From assembly GCA_964016885.1 (NCBI GenBank), contig CAXHJY010000253.1, positions 1-32,307 of the forward strand: a DNA stretch of 32,307 nt, read 5' to 3'. A program made the position numbers and the translations under genes. Below are positions 27,134 to 32,307 of the stretch, in pieces (the first letter of the stretch is position 1; each line of letters opens with the position of its first letter). Source of the DNA: Eledone cirrhosa (Eukaryota). The notes below the pieces were generated by a model. It saw nothing but the letters and a program-made list of their open reading frames with translations. It had not been told where the DNA came from and searched no databases.

Positions 27134-27506
27134 ATCATCATTGTCATCATCATCATTGTCATCATCATCATTCGTTATCATCATCATTGTCATCATCATC
27201 ATTGTCATCATCATCATTGTCACCATCATCATTGTCATCATCATCATTCGTTATCATCATCACCTTCATTAGCAGCAGCAGTATTATCGTCATCATCATC
27301 ATCAATATCATCGCCATCGTCGCCACTGTCGTCGTCATTATCCTCATCATCATCATCATCATCATCATCATAATAATCGTCATTATCATCATCATCACCA
27401 TCGCCATCATTATCATCATCGCCATCATCATCATCATCATCACCACCACCATCGTCATCTTCATCACCGTCATCACCACCGTCATTATCACCACCGCCAT
27501 CATCAC

Positions 27507-27538
<32 letters not shown>

Positions 27539-27653
27539 CCACCATCGTCATCTTCATCACCGTCATCACCACCGTCATTATCACCACCGCAATCATCACC
27601 ATCATCATCATCATCATCATCACCATCATCATCACCATCATCATCATCATCAT
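27134..27653. repeat. (ATC)n trinucleotide microsatellite, degenerate
   Basis: Direct inspection; the source of poly-I/H/S/M/D ORFs. Confidence 0.96.
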
Positions 27654-27664
27654 CCTTCACTTCT

Positions 27665-28040
27665 GACAGTACGTGTCCCAGCTCTCCAATCTACTGAACT
27701 GTCTGTTCGTAAAATTAACATGCAAGTAAGTGACCGGGCGTTCCACAGACACGTGTATTCTTAACGTAATTCTCAGGGAGATTCGGGTGTTCCAGTTGTT
27801 CGATCAAATGAACTTTCGACGTGTTAAATTACCATGCAAGTGGCTGAGCATTCCACAGACACATTTAATTTTTACGGAATCCTCAGGGAGATTCAAGTGT
27901 TGTAGTTGTTCGGTCAAAGGAACTGTCGACGCGTTAAATTAACATACGAGTGGCTGAGCATTCCACAGACACATTTAATTTTTACGAAATTCTCACTCAG
28001 GGAGATTCAAAATGACACAAGGTTGGCCCTTTGAATTAGC
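27665..28040 (-). mobile_element. SINE family 2 body with an internal roughly 3x tandem duplication (about 115 bp)
   Basis: AAATTAACATGCAAGTGGCTGAGCATTCCACAGACAC...CTCAGGGAGATTC-like unit recurs at about 27712, 27826 and 27937. Confidence 0.72.
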
Positions 28041-28054
28041 GATAAAGTCTATCA

Positions 28055-28230
28055 GACGGACTCCCAAATACGTTTCCGTCTACTTATTTTCACTCACAAG
28101 GTATGGGTCTGTCCTAACCCTAACTCTAACCCTAACCCTAAATGGCATTTGTTGAGGATACCATGCAGTGTGATTGGACCCATACCCTAATCATTGCGAA
28201 GTGAACCCCTTTAACTATTCAGGTATGCTG
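28055..28230 (-). mobile_element. Diverged SINE family 3 fragment containing a short (CCCTAA)-like tract
   Basis: TTTCCGTCTAC...TTCACTCACAAGG is the reverse complement of the motif at 28381-28408; CCTAACCCTAACTCTAACCCTAACCCTAA at 28113-28141. Confidence 0.55.
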
Positions 28231-28304
28231 AATTCACTGGAAACTGTTACAAAAATACAACAAAACCCTAACTGAAGCGATAAGAAAGCTGTCTCCAGAA
28301 AAAA

Positions 28305-28430
28305 GAGGTTTACGGTTTCGATACCTGAGGGAGGCATCTTAGGTAAAGTGTCTTTTTCCATAGCTTCAGGTCCACCAAAACCTTGTGAGTGAAATTGGGT
28401 AAACGGAAAATGTTTAGAAACCCGTCGTAT
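28305..28430 (+). mobile_element. Diverged SINE family 3 fragment
   Basis: B box-like GGTTTCGATACC, then AGGTAAAGTGTCTTTTTCCATAGC...CCTTGTGAGTGAAATTGGGTAAACGGAAA...CCCGTCG. Confidence 0.6.
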
Positions 28431-28519
28431 GGATTGTACCCAAATCTGGCGATACCATCAACACCAACTAGACGGCTGCCTACAACACAGACATCAGACA
28501 GACGAATTCTAAAGTCTGT

Positions 28520-28794
28520 CTCGAGCCCGGAAGCTAATCAGGCCGGAGCTTATCCCGGTTTCTGTGGCATAAAGCGACTGAGAATACAAGACTTCGCCCT
28601 GGAGAGGACGCGAGTCCATCGAAGGGATAAACCTCCCAGCTATTGCTGATATTCATTTTCAGTTGAGTACACTGGAGCAACGTGAAATGAAGTGTTTTGT
28701 TCATAAACACAACGCACAACCCAGCCCAAGAACCGAACTCACGGCATTACGATAGCAAGTGCAACACTCTTACCACTAACACACGAGTCTCCAC
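28520..28794 (-). mobile_element. tRNA-derived SINE sharing the family 2 head with a different 3' body
   Basis: Minus strand: GTTAGTGGTAAGAG...GTGAGTTCGGTTC...ACACTTCATTTCACGTTGCTCCAG...GATGGACTCGCGTCCTCTCCAGGG...CAGAAACCGGGATAAGCTCCGG. Confidence 0.72.
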
Positions 28795-29094
28795 TGATAG
28801 ACGAATTTCTAAACCAGAAAAGATGAGTTTTATACAAACTTGTATGAATAACTTATATGATGGTATATAATATACACTTTCCTGCGATCAATAAATAAAT
28901 CACTTAATATCTTTACCGCGTAGCAGCATTGTGGAAATATCTAAAGAGAGTCGGATAGTATCATGTGGACTATATAGTAGAAAATGCAGGCTGAGTCGTT
29001 TTCTTATAGTGAGTGAAAAGCTAGGTTTGTTAGCTTGCTAAACTCTAAGTTGACACTATTTATTTGGAAGAATACCCAGGCGCTGAAGTTGATT

Positions 29095-29255
29095 GCACCT
29101 GTCATTCAAAAGGACAGCCATGTCTTACACTGTTATGTAGAATATTCCTGAGAATTTCGTTAAGAATACACGTCTCTGTAGAATACTTGGCTACATGACA
29201 AATTAATTTAACAAGTCGAAAGTTCCTTTTAACAAACAGCTGGGACACATCGTCA
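29095..29255 (+). mobile_element. SINE family 2 body fragment
   Basis: Reverse complement of motifs in 16660-16810 and 27675-27790. Confidence 0.6.
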
Positions 29256-29257
29256 TA

Positions 29258-29288
<31 letters not shown>

Positions 29289-29421
29289 CGGTCAACATAT
29301 CTAATAGGGTATGTAAGGTAAGCAAGCATTTAATTCAGGCTAGTAAAATGTCATCTCAACGCTTGCCATTTGCACAGTCATATATATATATATGTGTGTA
29401 TGTGTATATATATATATATTA

Positions 29422-29462
<41 letters not shown>

Positions 29463-29781
29463 TATACATATATATACCGTCTTTTAAATAGGCCTGGAAT
29501 GGTGTGTTGGCTCTACGAAAATGTGTTTCTGATCATTATATATATGTGTGGGGGGGGGGGGTATATATATGTATGTATGTTCTTCTGGTTTTATAATTTC
29601 ACAAATATTTTCCAATAAAGAGAGAGTCGGTTTCTAGCATAGTTACAAGACTCTCCCATTGCAATTTACACAACATCAACTAGGTAGATATGTTTGCATG
29701 TCTGCATGTATGTATATATTAGAGTATGTTTCTGATCATTATATTATACATGTATATTATATAAATATATATATATGTGTA

Positions 29782-29813
<32 letters not shown>

Positions 29814-30234
29814 CGTAAAAAAATAATAAATAATTTGTCGATCGACTTTCGTCAAATTGGACCGAGGAAACTATGTTTCCTTTGGTCTTTCCAATTGGTA
29901 ATACTATCTATCGGTCGCAACTCCAGGTAGGAGGGGCAACGTGAAATAAAGTGTCTTTCTCAAGGACATGACGCATCCCCCAGTCCAAGAATCGAAATGA
30001 CAACCTCACGATTGCGAATCCAGTTCTCTAACCAAGCAGCCATACGCCTTCTTATATATATTTATGTGTGCAACTAGATGAGGGAACCAAGCTGAAAGTG
30101 ACTGCGACTTTTCTACTTTGAAAATTAATTCCTACACACAACCAACAAGTAATTAGCGGTCGTTTCCTTAATGGTTGGATGTTTTCTATACTACGGCATT
30201 TTAAACACATACTGTAATACATACATACATACAT

Positions 30235-30299
<65 letters not shown>

Positions 30300-30550
30300 A
30301 TATAAATGAAAAGTATAGAAATTATTGTAGCAAGAAGCCAACAGTATTCCATAATATATGTGACTATAGCGTCAAAATGGAAAAATAGTTAACGTAAGAT
30401 GTGGGAAAATAATTCAAACTCAATTCAAAAAGAATCAGGATATAGATTCATCCACGGAATTTGGTGAAATCCAGGGAAAAATCAATAGAGCCTTAACTCA
30501 GAATAAAATAAAGTTTAAAATACTCATCCTTCAATTTGGAAAAACTACAC

Positions 30551-30602
<52 letters not shown>

Positions 30603-30927
30603 CCAACCATTAAGGAAATGATCGCTAATTACTTGTTGGTAGAGTGTAGGAATTAATTTTCAAAGTAGAAAAGTCGCAGTCACTTTCAGCTTGGTTCCCT
30701 CATCTAGTTGCACACATAAATATATATAAGAAGGCGTATGGCTGATTGGTTAGAGAACTGGAGGATTGCGTCATGTCTTTGAGAAACACACTTTATTTCA
30801 CGTTGCCCTCCTACCTGGAGTTGCGACCGATAGATAGTATTACCAATTGGAAAGACCAAAGGAAACATAGTTTCCTCGGTCCAATTTGACGAAAGTCGAT
30901 CGACAAATTATTTATTATTTTTTTACG
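29814..30927. repeat. Long inverted duplication: arms 29814-30185 and 30596-30927 with a spacer of about 410 bp
   Basis: Arms are highly similar reverse complements; the right arm lacks about 40 bp; the outer (GT)n/(AC)n tracts are also mirrored. Confidence 0.93.
29933..30052 (-). mobile_element. SINE family 2-type tRNA head (duplicated at 30730-30808, + strand)
   Basis: Minus strand GAAGGCGTATGGCTGCTTGGTTAGAG...TTCGATTC...ACACTTTATTTCACGTTGC. Confidence 0.7.
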
Positions 30928-30940
30928 CACACACACACGC

Positions 30941-30976
<36 letters not shown>

Positions 30977-31051
30977 GCACACACACACACACACACATAT
31001 ATATAACAAATAAAGATATATAATATATATATATATACATACAGCAAGAGC

Positions 31052-31123
<72 letters not shown>

Positions 31124-31137
31124 AGTTTGTAGTTTAG

Positions 31138-31268
31138 TGTTTCTGAAGAAGACAGCCGATTGAACAGGGATTTCGAGACTAGAAATAGGTAGCAACTTAA
31201 CCACTACCATGTTAGTCGGTACATGGATCTGCATCGATCAATCGACCCTCTGAAACGATTGTAAAACA
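31138..31268 (+). ncRNA. Type I hammerhead ribozyme, family E
   Basis: TGTTT-CTGAAGA-AG..CGATTGA...TCAATCG..CT-GAAA-C-GATT-GTA|AAACA; stem I extendable (TAGTT/AACTA); the island lies between microsatellites. Confidence 0.75.
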
Positions 31269-31419
31269 ACGAACTAACTATCTACCTATATCTGACTTCT
31301 GCTTTTTTTTTATTATTCTATGCACAAACACGTATATGTGTATATATATATGTGTGTGTGTGTGTCTGTCTGTCTCTGTGTGTGTGTGTGCGTTTGTGAG
31401 TGTGTGTGTGTGTGTGTAA

Positions 31420-31538
31420 AGTCCGACCGCTTTCGAAACCGCTTGGCGCCGCGGTCGGGATTCTCCATATCTCTGTATTCTCTCTACATCTCTCCATGCA
31501 TTGAGTACTTACATGGCTAATGGTCAGCACCACAGACT
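31420..31538 (+). mobile_element. PLE terminal-repeat fragment with hammerhead 3' half (family F)
   Basis: GAAACCGC-TTGGCGCC-GCGGTC|GGGA; palindromic GGCGCC in the loop; tail has ATTGAGTACTT as in family A. Confidence 0.65.
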
Positions 31539-31545
31539 CTCTCTC

Positions 31546-31597
<52 letters not shown>

Positions 31598-31608
31598 CTC
31601 ACTCTCTC
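31537..31608. repeat. (CT)n microsatellite
   Basis: Direct inspection. Confidence 0.92.
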
Positions 31609-31687
31609 ACACACACATGAAAGTGCTACCTAAGTTTAAAGGTCCAATATTGACCACATCTTCAGATTTTAAGAGGCATCAATTTGC

Positions 31688-32307
31688 GTGTGTGTGTGTA
31701 TGTATCTATGTGTGCCTGTGTGTGTATGTATCTATATGTGCCTGTGTGTGTGTGTGTATCTCTGTGTGCCTGTGTGTGTATGTATCTACGTGTGCCTGTC
31801 TGTGTGTGTGTGTATCTCTGTGTGCCTGTGTGTGTGTGTGTGTATCTATGTGTGCATGTCTGCGTATGTATCTACGTGTGCCTGTCTGTGTGTGTGTATC
31901 TATATGTGCCTGCCTGTGTGTGTATCTATGTGTGCCTGTCTGTGTATGTATCTACGTGTACCTGTCTGTGTGTGTGTGTATCTCTGTGTGCCTGGGTGTG
32001 TGTGTATCTCTGTGTGCTTGTGTGTGTGTGTATCTACGTGTGCCTGCCTGTGTGTGTATCTATGTGTGCCTGTCTGTGTGTGTGTGTATCTCTGTGTGCC
32101 TGGGTGTGTGTGTATCTCTGTGTGCTTGTGTGTGTGTGTGTGTCGGTATCTCTGTGTGCCTGGGTGTGTGTGTGTGTATCTATGTGTGCCTGTCTGTGTA
32201 TGTATCTATGTGTGCCTGTCTGTGTATGTATCTATATGTCCCTATCTGTGTGTGTCTATGTGTGCCTGTGTGTGTATGTATCTATATGTGCCTGTCTGTG
32301 TATGTAT
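31688..32307. repeat. (TG)n-derived minisatellite, unit approximately TGTGTGTATCTATGTGTGCCTG
   Basis: Variable-length unit repeated to the right edge of the window. Confidence 0.92.

Noticed and set aside
27134-27666. Poly-Asp, poly-His, poly-Met or poly-Ile proteins
   Set aside because: Frames of an (ATC)n microsatellite.
29590-29690. Degenerate hammerhead on the minus strand (TTGATGT...GAAACCGAC)
   Set aside because: Several core mismatches and no stem I; cannot be supported from one copy.

Overview
Eukaryotic, very repeat-rich, AT-rich DNA with no supportable host gene. The microsatellite density and SINE types suggest a cephalopod (octopus-like) genome, which is an inference. Roughly half the window is (TA)n/(TACA)n/(CA)n microsatellite, and nearly all long ORFs in the track are artefacts of it. 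The real coding remnants are retroelements: a 5'-truncated Penelope-like element (PLE) with an intact GIY-YIG endonuclease end (3300-4028), a 5'-truncated R4/Dong-type restriction-endonuclease-like LINE (14272-15650) and three RTE-type fragments. tRNA-derived SINEs and a non-autonomous Helitron are also present. The main unexplained signal is at the RNA level. Short unique islands between the TA arrays fold by eye into type I hammerhead ribozymes from at least five unrelated sequence families. Most have palindromic stem-III loops and long stem-II inserts, and some carry core variants (U3-A8, U4A, A9U). Several occur as inverted (fold-back) PLE terminal-repeat insertions. All folds were made by eye and no activity is shown.
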